Part shown: positions 1-12,451 of the stretch, piece after piece
How positions within the stretch are numbered: the stretch's first letter is position 1
Layout of the letters: each line of letters begins with the position of its first letter
Origin: Hormiphora californensis
Taxonomy: Eukaryota > Animalia > Ctenophora
Assembly (NCBI GenBank): GCA_020137815.1
Contig: CM035356.1
Coordinates: 3,348,001 to 3,412,000, forward strand
Length of the DNA: 64,000 nt
Direction of reading: 5' to 3'
The notes under the pieces: model-generated
The model's database searches: none
What the model was told of the DNA's origin: nothing
Seen by the model: only the letters and a program-made list of their open reading frames with translations
Position numbers and translations under genes: made by a program

Positions 1-212
1 GAGTTCTGAATATGGTCATATCGAGAGAAGAAGAAGAAGATCATGCGATTGAAAGTGTGAAATTTCGAGATGATAGAGAAAGGGGATGCGATGTGAAGTC
101 CGAGACGGGTTACGAGAGAAAGCAAGAGGGGAGAGGGATTGAGGGAAAGAGAGAAGATATTTATAAGAGAGTGACTACATAAAAAGATCATCAACTTTTT
201 AATTCACTTGAC

Positions 213-1607
213 CTGTCAAGGATTATTCCAAGTTTGTCCGTCACTTTCTCAACCTCCTCCTCCAATTCTGATAACTCATCTTCCTCACTCATTGACTGCA
301 CCTCTAAGAGAAAGAGAGATGGGGGGGGGGGGGGTGCCGGCCAATAATTAATGAGGATGAGGTCTTGTCCAGCGTTTTTCGAATTAATGAGGGCCCTCAA
401 AAATCCTCAAAAATCCTCAATAATCATCAATAATCATCAACAATTATTTTATAGTTTTTACAAAAATTTTGACGATTACGCATACTATTGGGCATACACA
501 TTCCTTAATAGGAGTAAAACAGTTAGACAATTTTCCCAGATACCCTGGTGATGGTCCTAAAAACATCCTCAGAAGTCCTCAAAATGAGGCGAAATCGTCA
601 ATATAAATATGGGGTAAATTTGTGCTGCCTGTGCTGCCTCCACTCTGACACGTGAGGCCCGGGTTCGATTCCCGACCGGGCCCGGGTGGGGACACTTTTT
701 TTTAAAACTTTTGAAAACTTTATAAATTATTTCTAAAAATTTTCTAGACATTTATCTTACTAGGCAGCAAAATCGTTGATTTTTGGGACAAAGTTGGCAG
801 CATATTTGACTGAAAATCGTATTCGGTATTTATCTAAAATTTTGAAAATCTGGGCACCGGGGTCTTGTCAAGCATGTGAAGTTGATAACTTTGCTAAAAG
901 AAAGCAGTGCTTCAAGTGTGGAAAGCCAAAGAGCACAGGCAAGAGCACTTGAATTGATAATCAGTGCATTTTATACCTCTAAAATAAAATATATTATTGT
1001 TTTTTATCAGGCATTTGCTGTGTTTATGTTTAAATAGAACGAAAAGTTTTTGAGGATTTTTGAGGATTTTTGAGGGCTTGTCCAGCAAATAATAAATGAG
1101 GATTTTTGAGGTGACCTCAAAAATCCTCATAAATTCCGGCCGGAACCCCCCCGAGAGATGATTAGCAGGATAATTATAAATCCGGAGAGAAGGATGATCA
1201 GTTATCTGGTGTCACTTTCTAAGCTACTGAAAAGTGACAAGCCAGATGATGTAATCATGGAAAATGGTGGAGGGGCATCATGGAACTAAGTCACTATCAG
1301 AAAAAGGAGCAGAATGTGATCTATCTACAGCTGCAGTGAAAGCAATAGCCCCGCAGCACACTTTGAATGGTATATCAAGTTACCAATTGCTGACAGTGCT
1401 GTGTTTAAAGTGGACAAAACAGAGACCTGTGTGATTGGAATTCATCTGATCCAGCTGTTATTATGTGGTGAAATGATGAACTGTCTCTCTCTCGCTCTAG
1501 CTCGCTGGGAGCTCGCTCTTTCCCTCTCTCTCCCTCTATCTCTCTCTATCGCTTCAACATTAGTTACCTAGCTCGAGTTCTTGATCTCCAGAAACGTTGG
1601 TCATCAT
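213..1607 (-). CDS. 5' coding exons of an unknown gene that probably continues off the left edge (acidic N-terminus)
   Basis: Exon 1568-1607 (MMTNVSGDQELEL+G, donor GTAACT) joins in phase to exon 213-303 (acceptor ctcttAG; EVQSMSEEDELSELEEEVEKVTDKLGIILD; donor GTCAAG is weak). No family recognised. Confidence 0.45.
649..677 (+). pseudogene. tRNA 3'-half-like fragment (T-arm/B-box) inside the transposon
   Basis: CACGTGAGGCCCGGGTTCGATTCCCGACC resembles the 3' half of eukaryotic tRNA-Gly. No D-arm or acceptor stem is present. Confidence 0.5.
860..952 (+). pseudogene. RanBP2-type zinc-finger coding remnant inside the transposon
   Basis: Translates GSCQACEVDNFAKRKQCFKCGKPKSTGKST*, matching C-x2-C-x3-N-F-A-x-R-x2-C-x2-C. 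The consensus Trp position reads GGG (one base from TGG). AATAAA follows at ~983. Confidence 0.65.
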
Positions 1608-2174
1608 CTTGCAAACAATTCAGTCATGAAAATCTGTTACAAAGATTGAATGTTAGGCAAACGAATAATTTAAAGCAAATCATGATAGCGAGTAGAATAA
1701 TATCCAGTTATGTTAATAATAATTATTCGAGTAATTATTGAATATATTCAACATAACTGGATATGAAACACAAAGGTCAAAGGGCCCCAACATGGAGCCT
1801 TCGGTGACACTAAGGACGCTGAGAGGTCGCGAGAAAAAACACTGCTTTATCTAAGCTATCCAACATATTAGTTCTAGAGTAACCTCGTTACGCTTCTCTG
1901 CTAAAATGACAGTTCTGTAACATATTAGCAAATCATGCACTAGTCACGCAAAGTCGAGACGAATGTACTGAAGAAATAGGTAAAGGAGAGAGTGAGAGAG
2001 ACAAATCGATTTGACACATGACAGATCACATTCCAAGAGAACTGAGTGAGAGCGGACCAGTATAATTGATGACGTTGATTTACCTCAAACCCCTTGGACC
2101 TTTGACGTGAACAGAACTTAGCTTTTAAGACATGTCATTCTCACTATTCTGTGTCTCATTCTCTCTCATTCTCT

Positions 2175-2213
<39 letters not shown>

Positions 2214-2233
2214 TCTTTCTCTCTCTCTCTCTC

Positions 2234-2285
<52 letters not shown>

Positions 2286-2867
2286 CGTGACGTCACGATT
2301 TGCCAATAATCATGATAATTTCAAAACACGCTACACAACAAAACACCTTAGTTAATCAAGATAACACACAGCAGCTGAACCACGGGCAGCCCGCAGCAAA
2401 GGAGATAGAGTTTCACAAATTCCAAAGTTACCTGACCACCTGGAGTGAGAGACGGAGAGAGAGTGAGAGAGAGAGAGGGGGGAGGGAGAGAGAGAGAGAG
2501 AGAGGGAGAATGATAGAGCGAGTGAGAGAAAAGGGAGATGTTCAATAGCAGGGCAAGTATCCTAGAGCGGGAGAGCGTGTGTTTGTATGTCAGGGTCCCA
2601 GCCACCTGGTTACAATGTGAGAGAGATAGAGGGAGGGAGAGGGAGAGAGAGGGAGAGAGAGAGAGATCAGAGGGGAGAGAGACACAGACGGTATGATGGG
2701 GCGATAGCGCTGTAAAAAAGTATACAGTGAGAGGTGGGTAGATAATAAGATAGCAGATGATCATGATAGGGAGAGAAGGAGACGTTTATTGATTGGTGTA
2801 AACAACAGATCTAGTTGTAGCGTGGACGCTATAGTTACTTCCTCGCCACAGTGATAAAGGCGAGACC

Positions 2868-2927
2868 CTCTTCTCTCTCCCTCTCTACTCTCTCTCTCTC
2901 TCTCTATCTCACTCACTCTCTCTCCCT

Positions 2928-2975
<48 letters not shown>

Positions 2976-3002
2976 TCTCTCTCACTCTCTATCTCTCTCC
3001 CT

Positions 3003-3046
<44 letters not shown>

Positions 3047-3140
3047 GGAGACACCCTGTTTCTAGCTATAGGAGACACCCTCTTCTCTCTCTCTACTCTC
3101 TCTCTCTCTAGGAGACACCCTGTTTCTAGCTATAAGAGAC
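2868..3140. repeat. Compound CT microsatellite/minisatellite
   Basis: Repeated CCCTCTCTACT(CT)n units and TAGGAGACACCCTGTTTCTAGCTATA units. Confidence 0.8.
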
Positions 3141-4602
3141 AGTGAGACACCCAGGACCAGACACAACGTGGCCGCTCTTACTAAAGTAATTATGCACCCA
3201 ACACATATAATACCCACACACACATATATTGCCATAGCAGTGTATTAGAGCTATGCTACAAGGTGTGGAAAATGAAAGGTTTGAGTTTTAAAAAAGGTCT
3301 CAAAGTTTCCTGAAAAGTTTAAAAAAGGTCTCAAAGGGTTAAAAGAACTAAGCTGTACAGGCAGATTATTATATATTGCTTTAGCAGTGCGATTTCAAGG
3401 GAGAGAGAGAGAGAGAAGTGAGAGAGAGACAGAGAGAGAGAGACAGAGCTCTCTCTCTCTCTCTCTTTCTCTCTCTAGAGAGAGGACTCTGGACTGTATA
3501 ATACTGATCAGGAAAGTTCAATGTGGTCAATATGTGGTCCACACACACACAACCCCCTAATTGTAGTAGGGAGGACAAAGATTCTGTGGGTAATACCCTA
3601 ACACCCATTGGGTGTGCTCTATAGAGTACCAGCTGGAGTTGTACCAACTGATTTTTTACTAATGACACCATGACACCATTATACATCATTTCCATTTTCC
3701 AAGAGTTACCAATTGAAGGGGTCAATGCCGACTACCCCTCGATATATCTTCGCTACAAAGTAAAGTGTGAACAAGTATACATATCTCTGTTATAGTATCC
3801 AAACACAATTTGGCAACAAACTACGTACGCTGGTTCTGCAAAAGCTGTAATAGGGTGGTACCATGGGGTGCTAAAAATATGGCGGAATATGGCACAGAAA
3901 GCGGAAATATATACGCAGTGCTGTAGGAGTCGTTGATTGAATGACGCGTTGTGCGTGGGACCTCTAAAACTGAACAACTGCAAACAGCTGCATTATAACA
4001 GCAGCCCGGTGTGGAGCACAAGTACTGCAGAAAGTGTACAGAATGAGGCTTCAACCGGAAAGGGCTGCATGTGAGTTGGAAAGAGGAAGAAAGAGAGAGG
4101 AAGAGAGAAGGAGAGAGAGACAGGGAGGAATGGAGAGAGACAGGGAGGGACGGAGAGAGAAATAACTTAATATAATGTACAGTGCTACTAATCGATAATT
4201 CATAAAGTGTGAGAAAATTCCTTGCATCATGTTGGGAATTAATGGGGGGGGGGGGGGGGGGGGGGGTAGGGTAATTTATACTACTGTTCCAACAACTTTA
4301 AAAACTTAAGAACAGATTTCGCTCTCTCTACTGCATCTCGCTCGATCTCACTATCACTCACTCTCTCTCCTAATAGTCCTCTCCAATCTCTCTCACCCTC
4401 ACTCACCAGTCCTCCATCACTTGACGACAATCAGCAAGGAACATCATTTTGGGTTTAATATAACTAACAACTCCCAGCAGTATGCATGTAGAATCACGAA
4501 AATTAAAATGCGAAATATTTTACCTCAGTGCATTTGAAATGGCATGGCATAATATTAGAGAAAATTTCTCAGAAATAAACGAGAGAGAAAGAGGGAGAGT
4601 TT

Positions 4603-4649
<47 letters not shown>

Positions 4650-4826
4650 GGATGGGTTGAGAGAGAAACTGGATGGCGGCCGATTAATCCGCCGCGTTGG
4701 TACTTGACCTTCCCAAATAGGGCTAAATCATTACCCATAAGGATCACCCCCCCCCCCCCCCTTCTCGAATACTATACGAGTTGAACTAGACGACCTATAT
4801 AATAGCATGTGCTGCTGCTCTCTCTC

Positions 4827-4899
<73 letters not shown>

Positions 4900-4906
<7 letters not shown>

Positions 4907-7900
4907 CCTCTCTCTCTCCTAACACCCCCATAATAAAAAGAGGAAAAATTAAATCATGAAAAATTGTTTTTTTTGTTTTTTCCATTCTAATCTCCCCCCT
5001 AAATCCCTTCAAATTATAAAGTATCCCAAGAAAATATCCCCCCCCCCCCCAAACAAACCCAAATCTTTTAAAGGGCAAACCCAAAAAATTTTAAAGGGGA
5101 AAATCTTGGGGGTTTAATTCTAGGAAGTTTCTTTTTTTCGCTGAATGGGGGGGTTTTTCACAACCCCCGAATCTCCATCGCTTTGGGGGCCCCCCCCTAC
5201 TGGGGGAAACCCCCCAAGGTTTCTACTATTTAAAAATAGTTTTCCTTTCAGGGGATTGGCCGGATAGCCCTTCCCCGCCCAAGGGGGAACTAACTGAAGC
5301 AGCCCAATAAATGAAGCATTCCCTCCCCTAGGAAAATTTTTTTTTGAAAAACAAAAAAAACTGCGCTGAGAGACACATCATGGTTCACTGACCTCGAGTA
5401 CTTTAGTAGCGGGGAGAAATTAGCCCCTAGCTCCTGGACTTTTATATTCTCTCTCCCTCACTCTTCTCTCTCTCTTTTTCCTCCCCTCTCCCCCTCCTCT
5501 CTCTCTCTCTCTCCTCACTCACTATAGCACAGCCCGCAAAAAACAAAATTCGCCCCGCTGAAAAACCCTTTACCTTTTCCCCTCCCCCCTCTCTGAACCA
5601 ATCAGAAGCCAGGAATCTAGTCATGTGACCCCAACGGACCAATGACAGGCTCCCTATTCTTGAGAATAAAACCGAAACAAAGCTTTGGGCATTTTCAAAA
5701 TCTTTTTAAGGGGGTAAAAACCCAAGAGAGAAAAATATGTTAGTAAGAGCTGTAAAGGTGCGATCAGAGATGGGTGAAAATTAATTTAGGGGAATGGGAG
5801 AGGGAGAAAAAGAAAAATTTCCCCTGGGAAGTTTTCTATGATATCATAACCATGCTCACAATGACAAAATGGGGCCTGGGGGACATTAGTAATGATTTAC
5901 ACAATACACATAGCCAGCAAGCATGTACAATTTAACTAGTCGGTCGAAAAACAAGGAACTGCCCCGGATCCTTCACACATTATATAACGGTTGTATTATC
6001 AAACACATGACGCTGGAGATAACATATCACTCCACTAAACGCCCAAGTGAAGTGATTAGTGAAGAACTAAGAAGAAGATATAATATACGGGTCTGAAGTG
6101 AAGAAGATATATTATAATATACGGGTCTTTTGCATCTAATGGAGATTGGGTCTAACGATCACGATCCAATCAACCTGTGAATACTTGTGGGGGGCGTGGT
6201 TTTCAATCAATTGGAACATACAATACACACACACACATTCGTTACAGAAAAATAATAGACTTTTTTTGGGGAACCAAAAAATATTTTGGGAAATTTACAA
6301 AAAAAACCTTATTTTTTATTTTGGGGGTGAATTTTTTTTTCTGAACTGTCCTGGCGGGGGGCCCCAAATTTCAGCACCTTGATAAAAGGGGCCGCCAGAA
6401 GATTTTTTTTGGGAATTCAAAGTTCTCTTGAAGTTCAAATATTAGTGTGTTTCATGACACAATTTTGGAAAATTTTAAATAAACCCGATTGGGGAAAAGG
6501 TAGTCGAAACTCCGCTCTTAAATTCGTTTTGACCCCCGGTAGAACAAGTCAAATGTTTGTGAATATTTAAATGCCTCGTTTTAAAACCCTTTTCGCTTAA
6601 ATGGGTTATACCAAAAACTAAAAAGGTAAAGGGGGGTTATTAGGACAAATTTTAAACTAGACGGGGATTTAAACTCCATGGCTTTTTTAAATTTGGTGGA
6701 GGGTTTTGGGTCAAGGGTGGGGAAACCCAAGTTTTTGGGCATCAAAATTTTGGAGTGGAAAATCGTGATTAGAGAAGGGTTAAAATAAATACGGATAAAG
6801 GGGATAATGATGTTTTTTGTATCGGGCCAAAATATTTCTCCCCTTTTTAAATTCCCTTTATAATTCCTTTGGTCGTTTGGGTGTGAAGATAACTTTACTT
6901 TTCCACAAATTTTAAGCTGTTCCACACCCCCCACCTTTTTATTCCCTTTAAAATTAATTTTTAAATAATTAAATTTTAAGTTTCAATCAAAAAAGGGGGG
7001 TTAAGGCGTAACCCTTTTTCAATCCAATTTGGGGGAACAGGTTTTACCCTGGAAAATACTTCCATTTCCCAATTTTGGGCACGGGGAAAATGCCCCAAAG
7101 GGGACCTGCTTTATAAGAAAGGGTTTTTAACCTATAATTTTTCCTTTTCAAATCCCCGCCGGCCCCTTTTTGGCTGTACTGGGATCAGACCCCGTCAGGG
7201 GGGTGGGGGCCCGAGGGAGAAAGTGTTTATTTTTTTACTAAGTTTCACTTTCACTAGGGGGTTTTTCCCCCCGCGCCCTTGTCGACCCCCCTGGGTCTCT
7301 TGAACAAAAGAAGGGTGGTTTTTTTAAACCCTTTCCCTTCGATTTTTAAAAAGAATTGAAATCCTGGATAGTAAAATATCGATGTTTTTTAAAATAAATA
7401 TTTATTTTTTGGTTTAATTGTAGAAAATTAAAACAAAATTTCAAGGCCAGCCCTTTTTAATGACATCTTCTGTGGCTATAAATTATTGAAGTTCACCCTG
7501 GCTCCCAAGTGAAAAACTGCCCCCAAAATGTATAGGCTATTTTTTTCCCTGACGATCAGATAAATCCGAAAATATTCGAATTTCGAGGGTATAACATTTC
7601 ATTTTTATAGATATAAAGTCACAAACTTTTTTTTTATATTCTCATTTAAAATTAAAATTTTTAAATTATTTTTAAACCACTACAACTCCTTGAAGGCGAC
7701 TGGTGGGGTTGTTGTGTAGGTGGTGGTTGTGTCGTGGCTGTTGGTGGAGAACGATTCACCATTCTTCTTGTACTGCACTGGGATATATAGGTCAGATAGA
7801 ACAAGAGTATATAATAGGTTAGATAGAAAACAAGAAAATATAGTTCAGACTGTGTAGAACACAAGTTTGGATAAAACAAAATGGAACCAACTAATTATCT

Positions 7901-10050
7901 TTAGAGTTAAGCATGATATTAGTTAAAGCATTGTTACCGGTCTGTATGCGGTTGTCATGTGTCGGGGAAAATTTTTTCCAATTTTTTTCCCCGGGGGGGG
8001 GGGGGGCCCCTTTTGGGGCCCCCTTTTAAAAAAGGGGGGGGGCCCCCCGGGGGGGGGGGAAAAAAAACCCCCGGGGGGGGGGAAAAAAAAAATTTTTTTT
8101 TAAACCAAAAACCCAAAAAAAAAAAAATTAAACCCCAAAAAAAAAAAAAAACCCCCCAAAAAAAAAAAAGAAAAAATTTAAAAAAAATTTTTTTTTAAAA
8201 AAAAAATTGGGGGGGCCCCCGGGGGGGTTCCCCCCCCGGGGGGGGGCCCCCCCCGGGGGGCCCCCAAAGGGCCCCCCTTTTCCCGGGGTTTTTTTTCCCC
8301 TTTGGGGCCCCCAAAAAAAAAAGGGGGGTCAAATTTTTTTGGAAAAAAAATTTTTTTTTCCCCCGGGGAAAAAAAAAAGGGGAAAAAAAAAACCCCCCCC
8401 TTTTTTAAAAAAAAAAAATTTTTTTTTTTGGGCCCCCCCCCTTTTTTTTCCCTTTTTTTTCCTTTTTTAAAAAACCCCAAAATTTTTAAAAAATTTTTGG
8501 AAAAAAACCCCCCCCCTTTTTTCCCCCTTTTTTTTTTAAAAAAGGGAAAAAAGGCCCAAAAAAATTTTCCCCCCGGGGGTTTTTAAAAAGGGGGGTTTTG
8601 GGGGGGGGGGGGGGGGGGCTTTTAAAAAAAATTTTTTAAAAACCCCCCCCAAAAAAAAAAAAATATTTGGGAAAGGGAAAAAAAAAAAAACCTTCCCCCC
8701 TTGGGGGTTTTTTTTCCCCAAGGGGTTTTTTTTTAAAAAAAAGGGGGGGAAAAAAAAAAGGGGGGGGAAAAAATTTTTTAAAAAAGGGGGGGGAAAAAAT
8801 AACGTTTCCCCCAAAAAATTTTTTTTTAAAAAAAAAAAAAAAAGGGGTTTTTTTTTTCTTTTGGGGGGGCCCCCCCCCCTTTTTTTTTCCCCCCCTTTTT
8901 TTTTTCCCCCCCCCCTTTTTTTTTTTTCCCCCCCTTTTTGGTTTCCCCCCCTTTTTTTTTTTTTCCCCCCCCCTTTTTTTTTTTTCTCCTCCCCTTTTTT
9001 TTTTTTCCCCCCCCCCCCATTTTTCCCCCTTTTTTTTTTGGGGAAAAATTTTAAAAAATTGGGTGGTTGGGGGGGTTTTTTTAAAGGGGGGGGTTTTAAA
9101 TAAATTTTTTTGGGGGGTTTTTTGGGGGCCCCCTTTTTTTTTTGGGGGGGGGTTTTTTTTTTGGGGGGGGGGGGGGGTTTTTGGGGGGGGTGGGGGGGGG
9201 GGGGGGGGGGGGGTTTGGGGGGGGGTTTTAAAAAAAAAAAAGGGGTTTTTTTTTTTGTTTTGGGGTTTTTTGGGGGGGTTTTTTTTAAAAGGGGGAAAAA
9301 GGGGGGGGAATTTTGGGGGGGGGGGGGGGGGGGTTTTTTTTTAAAACCCCCAAAATTTTGGGGTTTTTTTTTTTCCCCCCCCCTTTTTGGGGTTTTTTTT
9401 TTCGGGGGGAAAATTTTTTTTTGTTTAAAAAGGTTTTAAAATTTTTAGCTTTGGGGGGGCCCGGGGGGGGTTTAAAATTTTTTAAAAAAAGGGGGGTTTT
9501 CCTTGGGGCCCGGGGGGGGGGCCGGGGTTTTGGGGGGGGTTTAAGGGGGGGCCCCGGGGGTTTTTTTGGTTTTGTTTGGAAAATTGGGGGGGGGGCCGGG
9601 GGTTTTTTTTTTTTTTTTGGGGGGGAAGGTTTTTTAAAAAAAAAGGGAAAAGGGGTTTTTAAAATTTTGGGGCCCCTTTTATTTTTTTTTCCCCCCTTTT
9701 TTTTTTTTTTTTTTTTTTTTTTCCCCCTTTTTTTTTTTTTAAAAATTTTTTTTTAAAAAAACCCCGGCCCGGTTTTTACCCTTTTTTTAAAAAATTTTTT
9801 TTTCCCCCCCCAAACAAACCCCCCTTTTTTTTTTTCCCCGGGGGGGGGGGGAAAAACCCCCCCGGGGGGCCCCCAAAAAGGGGGGGGGTTTTTTTTAAAA
9901 TTTTTTAAAAAAAAAAATTTTTTTTTTTCCCCCCAAAAAAAATTTTTTTGGGGCCCCCCTTTCCCCAACCCCTTTTTCCCCCAAATTTCCCAAACCCGGG
10001 GAAAAAGGGGGGGATTTTTTTTGGCTTGATATGCAGGGGACGAGGGGCCT
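4900..10050. other. Low-quality, homopolymer-inflated sequence (probable read/consensus artefact), extreme at 7960-10030
   Basis: Composed almost entirely of A/C/G/T runs, with poly-K/F/G/P ORFs in all frames. Degradation increases from ~4.9 kb and normal sequence returns abruptly at ~10.05 kb. Confidence 0.85.
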
Positions 10051-10462
10051 TACCACCTTTTGGTCCGAGTGACCCCAAATTGGGTTTTGAAGTTTTCCAC
10101 TACACCCAGTTTTCAACGTCAGAAAAAACTTCAGAAACTTCAGAAACTTCATGCTTCATTGTTCAAAGATACCTGGAAATCCATTTTATTTAGCTGCTGC
10201 GCTGGTGTCGACATGACCAATGATCATTCACCAATCACTATTCACCATGCATGATGTACCTAACTCTAGCTGGATGGACATGCAGTAATGAGGGTTCATA
10301 GGGCGCACACAGACTGATCAAACTTGATCATGATCAGATGTGATAAAGATCTTTATCAAGTTACACAGACTGATCAGATCTGGTCATTATTTGATTTTAT
10401 TTTGAACAGTAAAAACTGAAAATAATTTTAAATATCAAAGCGAAAACCACTGTATTATCCAA

Positions 10463-10768
10463 CTAATTTTGGTACGCTGAATCACGTTTGGTTAGCAACT
10501 TTAAGAATCCCTCAGAGTTTGGGAAAGCGTCCTAATTGTAAATTGAGCATAATTGGGTCTAATTGACCCCACTTACAACTTTTCACCTGGAAATGATAGA
10601 CGCTCATGCAAGGGCACTTTTCTGGCTAATTTTGATACGCTGAATCACGTAAGCAACTTTTCCAAGCCCTCCGAGGTCGGGAAAGTGCCCTAATTAGGGC
10701 AGTTTTTCGACCTCTGAGGCCGAGGGATTGGAAAATTTGCTCACGTGATTCAGCGTATTAAAATTAGT
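10463..10768. repeat. Direct plus inverted repeat cluster (transposon subterminal-like)
   Basis: CTAATTTTG(G/A)TACGCTGAATCACGT at ~10463 and ~10626, inverted at ~10743-10767; central CCCTAATTAGGG palindrome. Confidence 0.6.
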
Positions 10769-11264
10769 CGGGTGTATGGGGTGTCATGAGATCTGAAGAA
10801 TGTGATACCGGCAAGTTAGTTTGTATGACAAATCGGTCACTAGGGACATATGAGCCTGACGCTTCACTCGGCAGGACACCCCACACACTACCCCTAGGCC
10901 TTTATAGTCAAGACGTTGTCTTGGCAGAGGGCACCTCAATGACGATGAAGGTCCGCATCATCGCATGTTGCTTGTTGTGGCACAGTTGTGTGTCACACTC
11001 CCTCGCTGTAAAATTACGGAACGCGCAAAGCCACCAAAAGCCCAGAGGCGCGCCAAGTTTTTCCCGCGAAACGCCGCGCGCGGAATGTCACGTGACACAT
11101 TTTCCGTTGACATGACACATGTTCAACATTCCGTTGACATGACACATGTTCCCAGTCTGACTCTGTCGACTCTCAAGTCCGGGCCTTCGGCCTGGTGTGA
11201 GAGTAGACAGACGAGGAACATGTCAACTCAAACCTGGCCGGGGTAATGGCAAAGATTTTGGTTG

Positions 11265-11370
11265 GCATGTGCCTTGCCTGTCAGCTCTCACACCGGGCCG
11301 AAGGCCCGGTGTGAGCTTACGCGAGCCCGAAGGGCGCTTAAAGTGCCGAACAGACAGACTGCGTAGCATG
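11265..11370. repeat. Dispersed hairpin-containing repeat; inverted partial copy at ~31654-31730
   Basis: CCTTG.CTGTCAGC..CCGGTGTGAGCTTACGCGAGC..GCCGAAC.GACAGAC.GCG.AGCAT is shared with the reverse complement of 31654-31730. Contains the hairpin CACACCGGGCC-GAA-GGCCCGGTGTG. Confidence 0.7.
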
Positions 11371-11413
11371 GCAAGATTTTGGTGGCCCATATGGATGGGG
11401 TTTGGGTCTTGGG

Positions 11414-11993
11414 GGTGGGCGGACTCTAGTGCTAACGGACTCTTTATCTAAATCCAAGGCGGACTCTATATCTAAAAACGGACTCTTTATCTACAGTTAG
11501 ACTTTGAAAAAATTTTAGATAAAGAGTCCTCCCTGTGTAGACTTTTTAGATAAAGAGTCCGCCCTGTGTAGAATTTTTAGATATAGAGTCCTCTAGTACA
11601 TTTTGGCGCCAAATCCTCCAACCCGGACTCTATATCTAAAATCCTAACCCAACCCAAAACCTAACCCTAACACTAACCCTAACCCTAACCTCGAACCCAA
11701 ATAACGGCCCTAACACTTCTAAATTAGTATAGGGGTAGAGCAAACTCTCGTTTCCGGCCTTACGGCCGAAATCTCGAGTTCGCGGCGAAAGGCGGACTCT
11801 ATATCTAATTTAGATTTATGTAGATATAGAGTCCACTTTGTTTAGACTTTTTAGATAAAGAGTCCGCCCTGTGTAGACTTTTTAGATAAAGAGTCCTCCT
11901 AGAGTTTAGACTTATTTGGACTCTTTATCTAAATCTAAATTTAGATATAGAGTCCACTGTAGACTTAGAGTGTAGCACTAGAGTCCGCACACC
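11414..11993. mobile_element. Mutator-like MITE with internal telomere-like repeats
   Basis: TIRs GGTG(G/T)GCGGACTCTAGTGCTA; 10-bp direct repeat GGGTCTTGGG at 11404-11413 and 11994-12003; many GGACTCT(A/T)TATCTA subrepeats in both orientations; (CCTAAC)n block at ~11643-11714. Confidence 0.8.
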
Positions 11994-12451
11994 GGGTCTT
12001 GGGACGTACAGACAGTCATTGAAGTTGAACACTGAACAAAATGAAATTCATCTCTTGTAAAGGAAACTCGATGTCAAAACACTGTAAAAATGTCAATATT
12101 TGCGTCGTATTAATTACTTTCTATAAATTTTCTGGACCTCTATTTTGGAGCCAAGCACTAAATCATATTGAGTAAGGGCTGGTTTCACTAGCAGTACTAC
12201 CGTGGTTACGGTTACCGCAGTACTAGTAGTGCAAGTGGTTACTCAACAAACTAAATCAGTTTTTCTACAGAAATCAATCACGGTTCATCATTGCCTAACA
12301 CTTCAAAGATCAAGTCAGTTTTGTCTCTATTATTTAGTAGTCTCTTGTTTCTGCGTTCCAGTATGCACTGTATTAGTCAGTGAGCTTCTATCTCAGATAG
12401 ATCGGGTTCCTAACAACATCCAATATCCCCTAGCCACACTAGCCGGCCCTC

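Larger units (their letters stand above)
322..1152. mobile_element. Non-autonomous DNA transposon with 8-bp TSD, lying in an intron
   Basis: TSD GAGAGATG at 314-321 and 1153-1160. Imperfect TIRs GGGGGGTGCCGGCC..ATGAGGAT / ATCCTCAT..GGCCGGAACCCCCC. Subterminal CCTCAAAAAT repeats in opposite orientation at the two ends. Confidence 0.8.

Noticed and set aside
641-690. Intact tRNA gene
   Set aside because: Only the T-arm/B-box half is present; no cloverleaf
3700-4075. Possible SRCR-like exon remnant on + (YGTESGNIY..LNDALCVG..LNNC)
   Set aside because: Needs frameshifts and has stops; similarity too weak to support
7959-10193. Many overlapping G/K/F/P-rich ORFs; G-quadruplex or novel satellite interpretation
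   Set aside because: Products of homopolymer-run sequence that rarely forms stop codons; most likely a sequencing artefact
11643-11714. True telomere or chromosome fusion site
   Set aside because: Short, degenerate and enclosed within a TIR/TSD-bounded element
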